Source: Carcharhinus amblyrhynchos
Taxonomy: Eukaryota
DNA: 64,000 nt
Assembly (NCBI GenBank): GCA_965287045.1
Contig: OZ336881.1
Location: forward strand, 22,258,001-22,322,000
Reading direction: 5' to 3'
Shown piece by piece: positions 12,968 through 24,984 of this stretch. Within the stretch, counting starts at the first letter, position 1. Each line of letters begins with the position of its first letter. Below the pieces are notes generated by a model. The model had not been told where the DNA came from. It made no database searches and saw only the letters and a program-made list of their open reading frames with translations. The translations under genes were made by a program, and so were the position numbers.

Positions 12968-13120
12968 AAAAGCATAACACTGCACATGCTGGAAATCTGA
13001 AATATAAACAGAAAATGCTGGAAATACTCAGCACGTGAAACAGAATTAACATTCCAGGCCAATTATTTTTCCACAGAACTAGGAAAGCTACAAGTGTAAG
13101 AAGTTTGAAGCAAGTGATAT
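12968..13120 (-). mobile_element. Decayed pLTR of the old Penelope-like family
   Basis: TGCTGGAAATCTGAAATATAAACAGAAAATGCTGGAAATACTCAGCA, similar to 8280-8345. Confidence 0.55.
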
Positions 13121-14908
13121 GTCTTCAAAGCACAAAAGCATACATCAAATACCAGTTTCACTCAATTATGTCTCAAAAGATGGAAGCATGGAAAATAAGA
13201 AAATTTATACTGGTTAACCTTCAAAACATAAGGATGAAACGCAGCTAAATAAGTGTGTACTTCATTGATGCCATTTATAACTTGGACATACTTGGTTCTA
13301 TGCTGGCTGCCATTATTGGCAAATGTACCATTACCCATCGCCAAGTTCTTCTAACATATTGAAAAATGGCACCGTAGCATGACGTGCAAAAAGTACACTG
13401 ATCATTAACATTTATTTATAAATTTTTGTATCTTTATGTAGACCTACAAAGTATCATGAATAACAATGCAAGAAGACAACTTCAGCAAGCATCAAATATA
13501 TCATAATCCACACATTCTACCCAAAAATCACAAATAATAAAAGCATTTGCAAAATTCGCTGAAACAACACTTTTAGGCAACTATCAACTAACATAAAATA
13601 CTCTTCCCATGCATTCATTTTTTTTTTAACTCAAATAGTTTTTGTTCTCTCTGTAAATAGATCTCTAAGGGCAAGTTAGGATAATACTATACACTGCATT
13701 AACCAGTTACCAAGCACAATAGGTACAATGCTCACAATGGGGTAGGCAAACTGAGAACTGAACATCACTGTTGTCCTTTTGCTATGGAAAAGTGGAACAT
13801 TTATCAAAAGCCAATGAATTCCGTGCTGATCTCAATGCATATAGGGCCCACATGCAATATTTAAGAAATCATTTCAAAGTATGGGTACTATTTCACCTTC
13901 CAAACAATGAGCTTTAATTATGGTATATATTGAATTCAGGACTGCCTTATCAGTTGAATATTTCAAGTCTCCTTCCTCTCAGTTCAACTGGTACAATTCA
14001 AAAGAATAAAGCAAACCTATCAGACGGTCAAATTTTCAGCATGAGTAAGTTTTCAGGTTTAATTGAAGAAATACAGGAATCAACTTGACAGAACTACAAT
14101 AAAAGTTTATTTTAAAAGTTCCACACTCTTCCCTGCATGACTCTTGTTGCTTCTGGCTCATGCATCAACTACACGTAAATGTCAGGACTGCATCTTTCTT
14201 TCCCCATTAATCAGTTTCAAATCAGTCTGCGAGTCAGCAACATTTCATCTCAACTCACCCAGAAAAGCTCTGTGCTGTGTACCGTAACCAAGACAGCAGC
14301 TTTCATCCTTGGCCTATTTCATATCCTGCATTAATCGACTTTCAGACCACATTATTGAAAGGCCCAGCAAAGATAATGAAACCAATCTGCAGTGCAGAGT
14401 TAAGCGGACGATCCAATCCATTATTCTGCATCAAAACTACTTCACAGTTCTGAAACGCAGCATCTAACTCTATCTTTTGCCATGTTCAACAGGGAAAAAT
14501 GTATTAAGACACATACTGTGAAAGCTTGCTCAAATATTATGCATTTTCATTATGCACCTAAAGGACACCAACTTTGTGAAAATCCGGTAGACAAGTCTTA
14601 TCTTGTTTCAAAAACTCAGACTTTTATGTCAATTTCAAGGATGCTAATTCTTCGCATTATCATAAGTTTGCAAATAACGAATGCAACAAATGGATCATGA
14701 GAATTATGCCCTCGGAAAACTTTTTTGAAAGGTTGGCATAAATTTAAAAAATATTTTGCTGCCTGCCTTCAACATTAATCAGCAAGAGTCGACTGATCTG
14801 ATATATTCCCATTACTTTTCTGTAATGAAAATGTTACATATTCACTTTGAACTTTGTATGCTGATATGACTGGTCTATAAGCAAGGTCCCCTAATTTCTT
14901 ATGATTCT

Positions 14909-15922
14909 GGATGACATACCCCAAATTGCAATGCTCCCAGTTGAGGAGGGTCCCTGCTTTATTCAACCCCCTTGGTTGGTTGCAACAAGGTTAATTTAAA
15001 AATGATTTCTTCCCTCAAGGTTGTTTTTTTCCCAGCCCAAATGTGTTTATGTTTTAAAAAGAGCCAAGTTAGTCAGGCTTTCTTGAGTTAAAAAGTGAGT
15101 TTATTCATTACTAATTCATGGGAGAGAAAACTAAAATGCACAATACATACACACAGATTAAAAATGAGAAGCGAGTCCAAAACTAAAAGTTTAAAAAAAA
15201 ATCAGTTTTTGGCATATCAGTGAGAAGTAGATGGCAAAGTGTTGTGGCCCTTAATTTGGGTGATTCCGATAGCTAACGTTGATAGTTCAGCAGTTGGTTT
15301 AGAGATTCCTGGTTCTGTAGGCTAGCTGAAAGGAACTGCCCTGTTTCCTTTTTGCCTGTAGCTTTGCTGACTTGCGACTCGCTTTCAGCAATGAGAGAGA
15401 GAGCGGGGGGCGGTGGGGCGGGGGGCGGCGGGGACTTTTTTTTTAAATCTACAAATGCATGGATGTCTAGTGGATGTTCTTCAGCTGTGACATTCATAAA
15501 ATACACTAGCACAGTAGAACTAGAAAAACCAGACGACCACACACAGACCAGACTTGCAGTTGATTTTAACCCCCTTTTCTTGTACATTCCTGGAAGGGGA
15601 AAAATACAAACCTGTCTTTCACCTGGAACTGCTTTCTTTCAACTCACGTCATGTCCACATACTGGGATATAACTCTCAGGAGATGATTTCTGCAGGTATG
15701 GTTATCGTTACAAGAGATAACAGTTCAGTTTTTGCATTGTACCTTCTCCTTTTAATCGTCTGTCTAAAAAAGGTGCAACATTTCCGTCTCTGGATTAGTT
15801 GATCAAGTGTAATCCACATAGCAATTCGAGTAAGTGGTTATATTTTACAATCTCAGCCAATGTTTGCTTGTATGTATTTTTTTTAAGAAAAACGCACATC
15901 ATATTTAAAAGTTCACAGTGAC
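14909..15922 (-). mobile_element. Probable solo LTR
   Basis: About 1 kb with LTR-like organisation similar to 17351-18128 (TTTATT, i.e. AATAAA on minus, at ~15100; GA/G-rich tract; ends ..GTGACA); left end unclear. Confidence 0.4.
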
Positions 15923-16204
15923 ACTGCTGCTTCACAGCACCAGGGACTCAGGTTTGATTCTGGCCTTGGATGACTGTCTACGTGCAGTTGATTGTGCTCC
16001 CCCATGTCTATGTGGGTTTCCTTTGGTTGTGTCAGTTCCTTCCTACAGTCCAAAGATATGTAACATTAGGTGGATTACCCATGGTAAATACACAGGGCTA
16101 TGGGTATAGCGGAGGTGATGGGCGTGGGCAAGATGTTCTTTCGGAAAGTCAGTTCACACTCAATGAGCTGAATGGCCTACTTCTGCATTGTAGGGATTCA
16201 ATAT
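15914..16204 (+). mobile_element. HE1/V-SINE-type SINE, decayed
   Basis: CACTGCTGCTTCACAGCACCAGGGAC..GGTTTGATTC (B-box-like), V-SINE core and TAGGGATTC tail. Confidence 0.85.
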
Positions 16205-17350
16205 GTCTGTAAGTAATTCAGGGTTATGATTTGCTGTCATGATAATGCATATCTGCAATCAGCTCTAATTTAAATCAGCTTCATTCCTATATACAATTAT
16301 ATTTACTCAAGTTTTGTTTGTACATCTGACTGGAGACCAGGCCATTAGCAATAAAAGCACAAGAAAATATCAATGAGTTTCCACACAAACGGAAGCATTT
16401 ATTTTCAAAGTATTTCCTCACACAGGTATATCTTTTCAAATCATAATTTTAAAGAAAAAAGTTGAACAGGCAACCTGGAATAAACAACAGTTTGTGCCTT
16501 TAAGTGCTTACGGAATCACACAGCACCATGATCACAATCTTCACGTAATTGACTGCAAACACCAAGAGCACGTATACATGCAGGGTGAAATTAGATAAGT
16601 CATCACCAAGTCTCTCGCACATCATCTGGATCAAGTACAGGGTGTCAGTGACAAAGACCTGGACATAAAATGAACATCTGCATCCTCAGTCACAACTGGT
16701 ATGTTTCCTGATTACAACTGGAAATTAGATAAAGAAGGGGATTCTTACTCTACTTTTCTTTGATTTATTATTTCACCTCTTCTTTCCATGATATCATTTC
16801 TTTATGGGATATAATTTAACAAGTCATTTTTAATGTTTGAGCTTTAACAGCTCCTATTAGCAGGCTATTTGACTGAAGATCCTGTACTCAAAGTCTGTAT
16901 ATCCACCTGCAGAATCCACTGAAAATCAATCAGCAACAACCATGATCTATATTCCTTCCCAAATCAAAGAAACAAAGACCTACTTTAGAAACCTGACGAC
17001 CATCTTGGCACACAGTTAATAAAGCACAAACCAGGGATTGAACCAAGGCTTTCTGCGTGAACTCTACTTAACCAGTCCCATCATTTCAATATTAGTTCAT
17101 GCAAGGATAAAAGTACAAAGTTCCCTGAATCTTCCCAATTCTACACCCTCACCCTTACATTCTTTGCAGTGCAACCAGTAAGCAAAATACATTCCAAGAT
17201 TGTGTCCCTGCTGAAATTAACCCATAATAATTTCAAAATTTGCGACAGTACAAGACTTGTAAGTATTGTGAACTGTGAAGAGGATAGTGTAGAATTTTAA
17301 AAGGAAATAAACAGATTAATGGAATGGGCTGTAAGTGCCAAATACAATTG

Positions 17351-18128
17351 TGTTATGAAGCGTAGGTGGATCCTCCCTCTGAGAACTAACGCTTAACCAC
17401 TCAGAGGAATACCTCACCTCAGTCTATAAAAGTGAGTATGAAGTGGTACAATCCGTGCTTCAGCAACTTTTAGTCGTTAAATCAAAATAACTCCTTGACA
17501 TGCTCTCTAAAGTCAACAAGTAACATTTTATTTATCTAACTGACAGTGACAAGTTATCTAAACTATTAACAAACTGAATAAACCACAATTCTAATGGAAA
17601 ACTGTTTAGATAAATACAATTTCCACTTATTAACAAAAAAATAGAATTTTAGTCACTCTCAATTACAAATAGGTTTTGCATCTTCCGGAATATTCTGGGC
17701 TTTCCCTGTTGATTCTTCTGTCTGGAACTTCTGTCTTCTTTGGTATCTTCACTATCAAGATGAGGCTTTGTCTTAAAGCATGGATGAGGCTGCGACTTTG
17801 GCAGCTGCTTACTCTCTGCCCCTTTCTTTATACCTGTGATGACATATCAATATCCCCACAATATGAGTGGTCCCAAATGCCAAAACCATCAAATTTAAAT
17901 CTAATAGGTTGCTGGTATCCAAGAGTCTGATTTAAACTGATTGGCTGAATTCAAAAAAATTTAAAAGTCTGTTTGTTGTCTTGGTGACACGACTGCCTGG
18001 CCTTTCGAGACAAATGTTTCATTCTGGGGCTCAATATACACCTGCATTTTTTTTAAACTTTCTATCTAAGCACAGAAAAAAAACACCATTTTTTAACAGT
18101 CAATTTCACAAATAGCAACTTCACAACA
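17351..18128 (-). mobile_element. Solo LTR (Gypsy-like), 778 bp
   Basis: Termini TGTTATGAAG..CTTCACAACA (10-bp inverted repeat, 1 mismatch); flanks ATTG/ATTT (4-bp TSD, 1 mismatch); interrupts a CR1. Confidence 0.8.
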
Positions 18129-18262
18129 ATTTAATGCGAGAGAGCGTGATGTGATTAATTTTGGTCATGATGTGGAGATGCCGGCGTTGGACTGGGGTAA
18201 GCACAGTAAGAAGTCTCACAACACCAGATTAAAGTCCAACAGGTTTATTTGGTAGCAAAAGC

Positions 18263-18297
18263 CACAAGCTTTTGGAGCACTGCCTCTTCATCAGGTG
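18263..18297 (-). ncRNA. Hammerhead ribozyme copy, core mutated (GAAA>AAAA)
   Basis: Reverse complement CAC CUGAUGA A GAGGC AGU GCUCC AAAA GCUU GUG. Confidence 0.55.
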
Positions 18298-19617
18298 AGT
18301 GGGAGCTGTGTTCACAAACAGGGCATATAAAGACAAACTCAATTTACAAAGTAATGGTTGGAATGCGAGTCTTTACAGGTAATCAAGTCTTAAAGTTGCA
18401 GACAACGTGAGTGGAGAGAGGGTTAAGCACAGGTTAAAGAGATGTGTATTGTCTCCAGACAGGACAGTAAGTGAGATGTTACAAGCCCAGGCAAGTCATG
18501 GGGTTACAAATAGTGTGACATGAATGCAAGATTCTGGTTGAGGTCATCCTCATGTGTGCAGAACTTGGCTATCAGTTTCTGCTCACTGATTCTGTGTTGT
18601 CGTGAAAGCCGTTTTGGAGAATGCTTACCCAAAGATGAAGGGCTGAATGCCCGTGACTGCTAAAGTGTTCCCAACAATAAGAGAACATTTCTGCCTGGTG
18701 ATTATCGAGCGGTGTTCATGCATCCGTTGTTGTAGCGTCTGCATGGTCTCTCCAACATATAATGCCTTGGGACATCCTTTCCTGTAGTGTATCAGGTAGT
18801 CAACGTTGGCCGAGTTGCAAGAGTAAATACTGTGTAAGCGGTGGATACTCCTCTCGCTCCAGGGAAGTACTGGATGACGAAGGATACTCTGTCTGCTGTG
18901 ACCCATGTTTGTCTTGAGGAGGTTGGTGTCCTTTTTCACTGTGGCGCATCAGAACTGTTGATCTGTGAGTCATGCGCCATATCCTGTTCTTATGCAGGCA
19001 TCTTTCAGCATCTGGAGGTGTCTGTTGCAATCCTCCTCATCTGAGCAGATCCTGTGTATACGGAGGGCTCGTCCGTAAGGGATGGCTTCTTTAACGTGTT
19101 TAGGGTAGAAACTGGAGAAGTGGAGCATTGTGAGGTTATCCGTGGGCTTATGGTACGGTGAAATGCTGAGGTCACCATCCATGATGGAGATGTGTGTGTC
19201 CAAGAATGCAACCGATTCCACAGAGTGGTCCACGGTGAGTCTGATGGTGAGATGGAACTTGTTGATTTCATCATATAGTTGTTTCAGTGATTGTTCGCCA
19301 TGAATCCAAAGAAAGAAAACGTCATTGATGTATCTAGTGTATAACATTGGGTAATCTTCAGGTAAGCATTCTCCAAGGCAGGCTTCACGACACATGACAA
19401 CGCAGAATTGCTGGGCAGAAATTGATGGGCAAGTTCTGCACACATGAGGACAACGTCAACCGGGATCTTGGGTTCATGTCACACTATCTGTAACCTCCAC
19501 AAGTTGCCTGGACTTGCAAAATCTCACTAACTGTCCTGGCTGGAGACAATACACATCTCTAACCTGCGTTTTACCCTCTCTCCACTCACATTGTCTGTAC
19601 CTTTAAGACTTGATTAT

Positions 19618-21159
19618 AAGAACATAAGAACATAAGAAATAGGAGCAGGAGTAGGCCATCTGGCCCTTCGAGCCTGCCCCGCCATTCAATAAGATCATGG
19701 CTGATCTGTCGTGGCTCAGTTCCACTTTCCCGCCCTCTCCCCATAACCCTTAATCCCCTCTCTTATCAAAAACCCATCAACCCGCTTCTTAAAAATATTT
19801 AGCGAGGCAGCCTCCACCACTTCAACGGGCAGAGAATTCCAGAGATTCACCACCCTTTGAGTGAAGAAGTTCCTCCTCAACTCCGTTCTGAACCGCCCCC
19901 CCTTTATCTTGAGGCTGTGCCCCCTAGTCCTACTGTCTTTTTTGAGCGGGAAGAGTCTTTCCACCTCTATCCTATCCATCCCATTCATCATCTTATACGT
20001 CTCAATGAGATCTCCCCTCATTCTTCTAAACTCTAACGAGTACAAGCCTAGTTTATTCAGCCTCTCCTCATAGCTCAACCCCCTCAACTCCGGTATCAGC
20101 CTAGTAAATCTCCTCTGCACTCCCTCCAGGGCCAAAATATCCTTGCGCAGGTGCGGCGCCCAAAACTGCACACAGTACTCCAGCTGCGGCCTCACCAATG
20201 CCCTATACAGCTGCAGCAAGACCTCCCTACTTTTATATTCAATCCCCCTCGCTATGAAGGCCAGCATCCCATTCGCCTTCCTGACCACCTGCTGCACCTG
20301 CAAGCTGGGTTTTTGCGACTCATGCACAAGGACCCCGAGGTCCCTCTGCACCGTCGCCTGCTGCAGTTTTTCGCCACGTAAGTAATAGTCCTTCCTACCA
20401 TTCTTCCTACCAAAGTGGACCACCTCACACTTGCCAACATTAAATTCCATTTGCCATTTCCTGGCCCATTCGCCCAGCCTATCTAGATCCTTCTGCAGAC
20501 TCTCCACACCCTCCGCACAATTTGCCTTTCCCCCAATCTTGGTGTCATCAGCAAATTTCGACACCCTACACTCGGTTCCCTCCTCCAGATCATCTATATA
20601 AATGGTAAAAAGCTGAGGCCCCAGCACCGACCCCTGGGGCACCCCACTAGTCACCAACCGCCAATCCGAATAGCACCCATTGACCCCCACTCTCTGCCTC
20701 CTATTTGACAACCAATCCTCTATCCACGCTAACACCCTACCCCCAACTCCATGTCCTCTGACCTTCTGCAGTAACCTCTTGTGAGGTACCTTATCAAACG
20801 CCTTCTGAAAATCCAGAAAGACCACATCCACCGGCTCTCCTCTATCCACCGCCCTAGACACATCCTCATAGAACTCCAGTAAATTTGTCAGACACGACTT
20901 CCCTTTAATGAAACCGTGTTGCGTCTGCCCTATCAAGCAATTCCCTTCAAGATGCCTCGCAATTTCCTCCTTAATGACGGATTCTAACATTTTACCTACC
21001 ACAGACGTTAAACTAACCGGCCTGTAATTCCCCGCCTTTTGCCTGGCACCCTTCTTAAACAACGGCGTAACATTAGCCGTTTTCCAATCCTCCGGCACTT
21101 CCCCGGAATCCAGCGACGTCTGGAAAATAACCACCAAGGCATCCACTATCACCTCCGCC
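19618..21159 (-). mobile_element. Young CR1 LINE, 5'-truncated, inserted in the Penelope pLTR arm
   Basis: (AAGAACAT)n tail; ATTAT at 19613-19617 and 21160-21164; Penelope sequence resumes across the site (CTTGATTAT|CTGTAAAGACTCG). Confidence 0.97.
19716..21159 (-). CDS. CR1 ORF2 reverse transcriptase domain plus C-terminus, uninterrupted but N-terminally truncated (no endonuclease)
   Basis: 489-aa ORF with WKTANVTPLFKKG, NYRPVSLTS, QHGF, FLDFQKAFDKVPH, GVPQGSVLGP, KFADDTK; the first ~8 codons come from flanking Penelope DNA. Confidence 0.93.
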
Positions 21160-21247
21160 ATTATCTGTAAAGACTCGCATTCCAAACATTATCTTGTAAA
21201 TTGAGTTTGTGTCTTTATATGCCCTGTTTGTGAACACAACTCCCACT

Positions 21248-21282
21248 CACCTGGTGAAGGAGCAGCATTCTAAAAGCTTGTG
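21248..21282 (+). ncRNA. Hammerhead ribozyme copy, degenerate
   Basis: CAC CUGGUGA A GGAGC AGC AUUCU AAAA GCUU GUG. Confidence 0.45.
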
Positions 21283-21465
21283 GCTTGTGCTACCAAATAA
21301 ACCTGTTGGACTTTAACCTAGTGTTGTGAGGCTTCTACATTAATTTTGGTAGCAGTAATACCATTTAAAGAGTACAATTCTAAAGTGGGTAGAGGAATAA
21401 ATGGGACCTGAGTGTGTAGGTGTATAAATCATTGACAGTAGAAAGACAGGTTCGGAGTTCAATTA

Positions 21466-21788
21466 ATTATAGAATCCTACAATGCAGAAGGAGGCTATTC
21501 GGCCCATCGAATCTGCACCGACAACCATCCCACCCTTACTCTATTCTCGTAACTCCACATATTTGCCCTGCTATTCTCCCTGACACCAAGGGCCAATTTA
21601 GCATGATCAATCCACCTAACCCACATATCTTTGGGCTTTGAGAGGAAATTGGAGCACCCAGAGGAAACCTATGCAGACATGGGGAGAATGTGCAAACTCC
21701 ACACAGACAGTGACGCAAGTTGGGAATTGAACCTGGATCCCTAACACTGCGAGGCAGCAGTGCTAACCACTGTGTCACCGTGCTGCCC
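21466..21788 (-). mobile_element. HE1/V-SINE-type SINE, full length
   Basis: Minus strand starts GGGCAGCACGGTGACACAGTGGTTAGCACTGCTGCCTCGCAG..GGTTCAATTCC (A/B boxes), followed by core and tail. Confidence 0.93.
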
Positions 21789-22301
21789 ATAAAGTATATG
21801 GCATCCTGGGCATTCAAAAGCGGGACATAAGAATACAAAACAAGGAAGTTATGTTAAATTGGTAAAAAACACTCGTTTGACCTCAACTGGAGCACTGCAA
21901 GTTCAGGGCACCACATTTTAGGAAGGATGTAAAGGCAGAGTGCAGAAAAGACAGGGTAGATTCCAGGGATCAGGAACTTCAGTCACATGGAAAAGTAGTA
22001 GAACTTCGGACAATTCCCCTTGGAAAGGAGAAAAGTTTAATAAAGACACTGAAAATCATGAGGGGTCTGAAGTAGATAGGGAAAATGTATTCCCTTTGAC
22101 GGAAGGATTCAGAATCAAAGGGCACATATTTAATGGACAAAAGTAACAATGGCAACATGAGAAAATACTTTCACTTGATGAGTGGTTAGGATCTCGAATG
22201 GACCATCTGATTATGAGGTGGAGAGTGGGTCAATTGAGATTTTAAGGAAATTGGATCATTATCTGAGAAGCAAAGATTTGCAGGGAAAAATACAAGGGAG
22301 T

Positions 22302-22344
22302 GGCACTAGGTGAATTTCCTCTTCAAGGGCACTAGGTGAATTTC
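22302..22344 (+). repeat. 17-bp direct repeat, 26-bp period
   Basis: GGCACTAGGTGAATTTC at 22302 and 22328. Confidence 0.9.
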
Positions 22345-23816
22345 TCAAACACAATGGGCTCCTTCTGTGCTGTAACCTTTTCTCTGGTGCCTCAATGTCA
22401 CATTACAGAAATTTTCTTTCTTATGTTTAATTCAAAAGAAAAGTTACCACAGACAAATCTGTCTGAAAGAGTTCAAACTTGACTAGAATTTCAAAACACA
22501 TTGATTTTTTAAAAAAAATGTAAGCTTTTGGAAGTCATGAGGCAAGTTCAAATTGTCCATCTGTACAATTATTTCTACATGTTTAAAGTCTGAGCTACAA
22601 ATTACATACCACAATATAATGAAGCAGTATAGATTTATTCCTGGAATCACTGAGGCAATTCAGTACCCAAAGGTAAGCATTCTAGTTTATTCACTATGTT
22701 CAACAGAATGAACAGAGACATCTATCTGCACAACAAAATGGCAACTGCTCATCTTTTACAATAGTTGGCACAATTGGATTCTGGCCATGTATTGAAGTAC
22801 CCAATGGAATTACAAGACTGACTTCATGCATTACAATGCCTAACTGAATTAGAGAACATCACATACAGTATCAACATGCCACAGTAAAGAGGATTCCTCA
22901 TCAGCCATCCTGGCGTGACTATACTTGAAGCAACTTGGCTGTGAGCCCGCATACTTTTTTTTATTGAAAGACATCATGTGCATGCAATTAATTAAAACAA
23001 CCAAGTAAAGTAGCTCCACATAGATTCAAAATGCAATTTACTGCCCCTCATAACAAGAAGGCCAACATTTTCTGAAACCTAACCCATGACATTGAATGAA
23101 GGCTGCAAATTGGAGTTACAAAAAGCAATAAGCTGTTGCAGGCTAACCTGAATGGAGCCCTCTGACCTAGACTAGGTTTTGTTTCATTATCAAGAGAAAA
23201 AAATCAAAGATTTTATTTAAAAAAATAAATATTTAAACTTAATCTCAAGTTTTCCTCATTTTGATGTTCCCCTCCATGCAGTTTATTTCAGAAAATAATG
23301 TATAATATTGTCAGGATTTAACCAATTAATTTGATAAGATATTACTTGAGGTATTTAATCAATCAATTAATTTAATCTGTTAGTGAAATGTACAGAAAAA
23401 CTTGTTTATATTTAATTAGCTTGCTCCTATTGCAGAGCAAATATTCTGGTAAGAATAAACTACAAGAGGCCATATTTCATTGCCACTCATCAGTCAGTGA
23501 GCATCTGAAGGTAACATTTTTTCTCATGTCCTACTGCTATCATTGAGGCCTGCATAGGCAGTTTGGAATAAGCTGCCTCTTCCAGACTTTACAGGTATGA
23601 CAAATGGTTACAGACAACCTGAGGCAAGGTACTGTTGATCACATTGGTACAATTAGGGCCACTTTCACAGAGCTCTGTTCATGCTGAGCCGATGTGTAAT
23701 CCAGGCAGCAAACTGGCAGGCATGCACTGAGGTGACTGCACTGTCTTTCAGAATAGTAGCATGTGTGTAGAGTTTTGCTAGCCTCTCCAATGCCTGTTTG
23801 TAAGACAGAAAGGAGG

Positions 23817-23851
23817 CATGCCCAGGTTGCCCATGCCCAGGTTGCCCATGC
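23817..23851 (+). repeat. 15-bp tandem repeat, 2.3 copies
   Basis: CATGCCCAGGTTGCC CATGCCCAGGTTGCC CATGC. Confidence 0.95.
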
Positions 23852-23869
23852 TACAGGATAATTGCTAGA

Positions 23870-24540
23870 GCAGATTCACCAAACTGAAATTACAACTACC
23901 ACAAAATACTGAACAAGCTAGGCTTCTTTTCTCTAAAAACAGAATTTAATAAACCTCCATGATCCTTTATAAAACACTGGTTCAGCCATAACTGGAGTGC
24001 TGTGTCCAATTCTGGACACCACACTTTTAGAAAGAAAGTGAAGGCATGGGGGCAGGGGCACAGTGGGTGGTGCAGAAATTATTTATGAGCATTGCTGCAG
24101 GGATGATGGACTTCAGTTATACCAATGAATCAACGAGGTGTTCGAGACAGAATCAATGGATGGAAACTTCTCTTGGGAGAACACTCAAGACCCAGAGTGC
24201 AGCAATTTAAATTATATTGCAAAACTACCAAATGCAACAGGATTTTTTTTAAATGCAGCAAGCGATTACAACTTGGGATACACTGCCATTTGTGAAGACT
24301 CTTAATTGTAGCAGTGGATCAGGATTACCTGTGCAGGCTGTAATATCCCAGCTCTTTATGATGGAAAACCTGATAGCCTCCAACTAGCTGTTTTAACTGA
24401 AAATTTGCAATTTCTTGAGCCAGAAAATGTATACATACGCAATCTTAAAACGTGAATAGATTTTTATTGGGTAAACATATCAAGGGAAATTGAGCTAAAA
24501 CAGGGAAAATGGAATTGCGGAATTGATCTAACCGAATAAC
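23870..24540 (+). mobile_element. Old CR1 fragments
   Basis: LYKTLVQP*LECCVQFWTPHFRK-like stretch at ~23965-24035 and CR1-like 3' end at 24450-24540. Confidence 0.6.
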
Positions 24541-24984
24541 ATTAAGTTACAAATGTATTATTTCATTATTTTCCAGTATGACCATGTTTCTAAATAACTT
24601 GATAAATTAAATGATTGTTTTCAAGCTTCAGATTTAGCTCTTTCAAACTTTCAGTTCTCAAGCAGTACACTAATCACATAGCAGCCTAAAAGGGCTAGTT
24701 TACACAGGCCTGCTGCAAAAGCAGTCACTTCAAATATACGTGTCTGGCATGTCAATGTTACATAACAGCATGTATTTGTGTAATGGTAACTTGACCATTG
24801 TATGCTGATACCAACATATGATACTAAAAAGAATGCAACACACATACCAGAAACTTTTAGTCAGCACATGCCTAGTGTATATTTGTGAACAAATGGTTGT
24901 CATGGTAATCCTACATGAAAGCAATACAACTAATGGAAGTTGTTGAAATTCCAATCTGCAATTTAAATGGTATTCTGAGGACTT

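Larger units (their letters stand above)
18166..21338 (-). mobile_element. Penelope-like (GIY-YIG) retroelement, 5'-truncated, with inverted pLTR and 12-bp TSD
   Basis: Minus arm 18166-~19350 encodes RT end (YTRYINDVFFLW..FLDTHI..YHKPTD..HPK-like..IPYGRALRIHRICSD) and GIY-YIG (NVDYLI..LYVGETMQTLQQRMHEH). Plus arm ~19352-21338 repeats the 3' end/pLTR. ATTAATTTTGGT at 18154-18165 and 21339-21350. Confidence 0.92.
17225..22380 (+). mobile_element. Old CR1 LINE 3' part split by LTR, Penelope and SINE insertions
   Basis: Pieces 17225-17350, 18129-18165, 21339-21465 and 21789-22380 read as continuous CR1 ORF2 (..YKNKEVMLN..RPQLEHC..APHFRKDV..) and 3' end. Confidence 0.7.

Noticed and set aside
19861-20440. 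Recurring antisense/alternate-frame ORFs (MKKFLLNSVL.., MRRCGAQNC.., MLASVRWSTL..), also at ~33661, 38166 and 55120-55699
   Set aside because: Shadow ORFs that recur only because the CR1 copies are near-identical
19716-21185. 489-aa RT ORF as a host gene or a retron-like/novel RT system
   Set aside because: It is a 5'-truncated CR1 ORF2 with tail and TSD; its apparent start codon comes from flanking Penelope DNA
21715-21788. tRNA-like sequence with A and B boxes
   Set aside because: It is the head of an HE1-type SINE and continues directly into the SINE core
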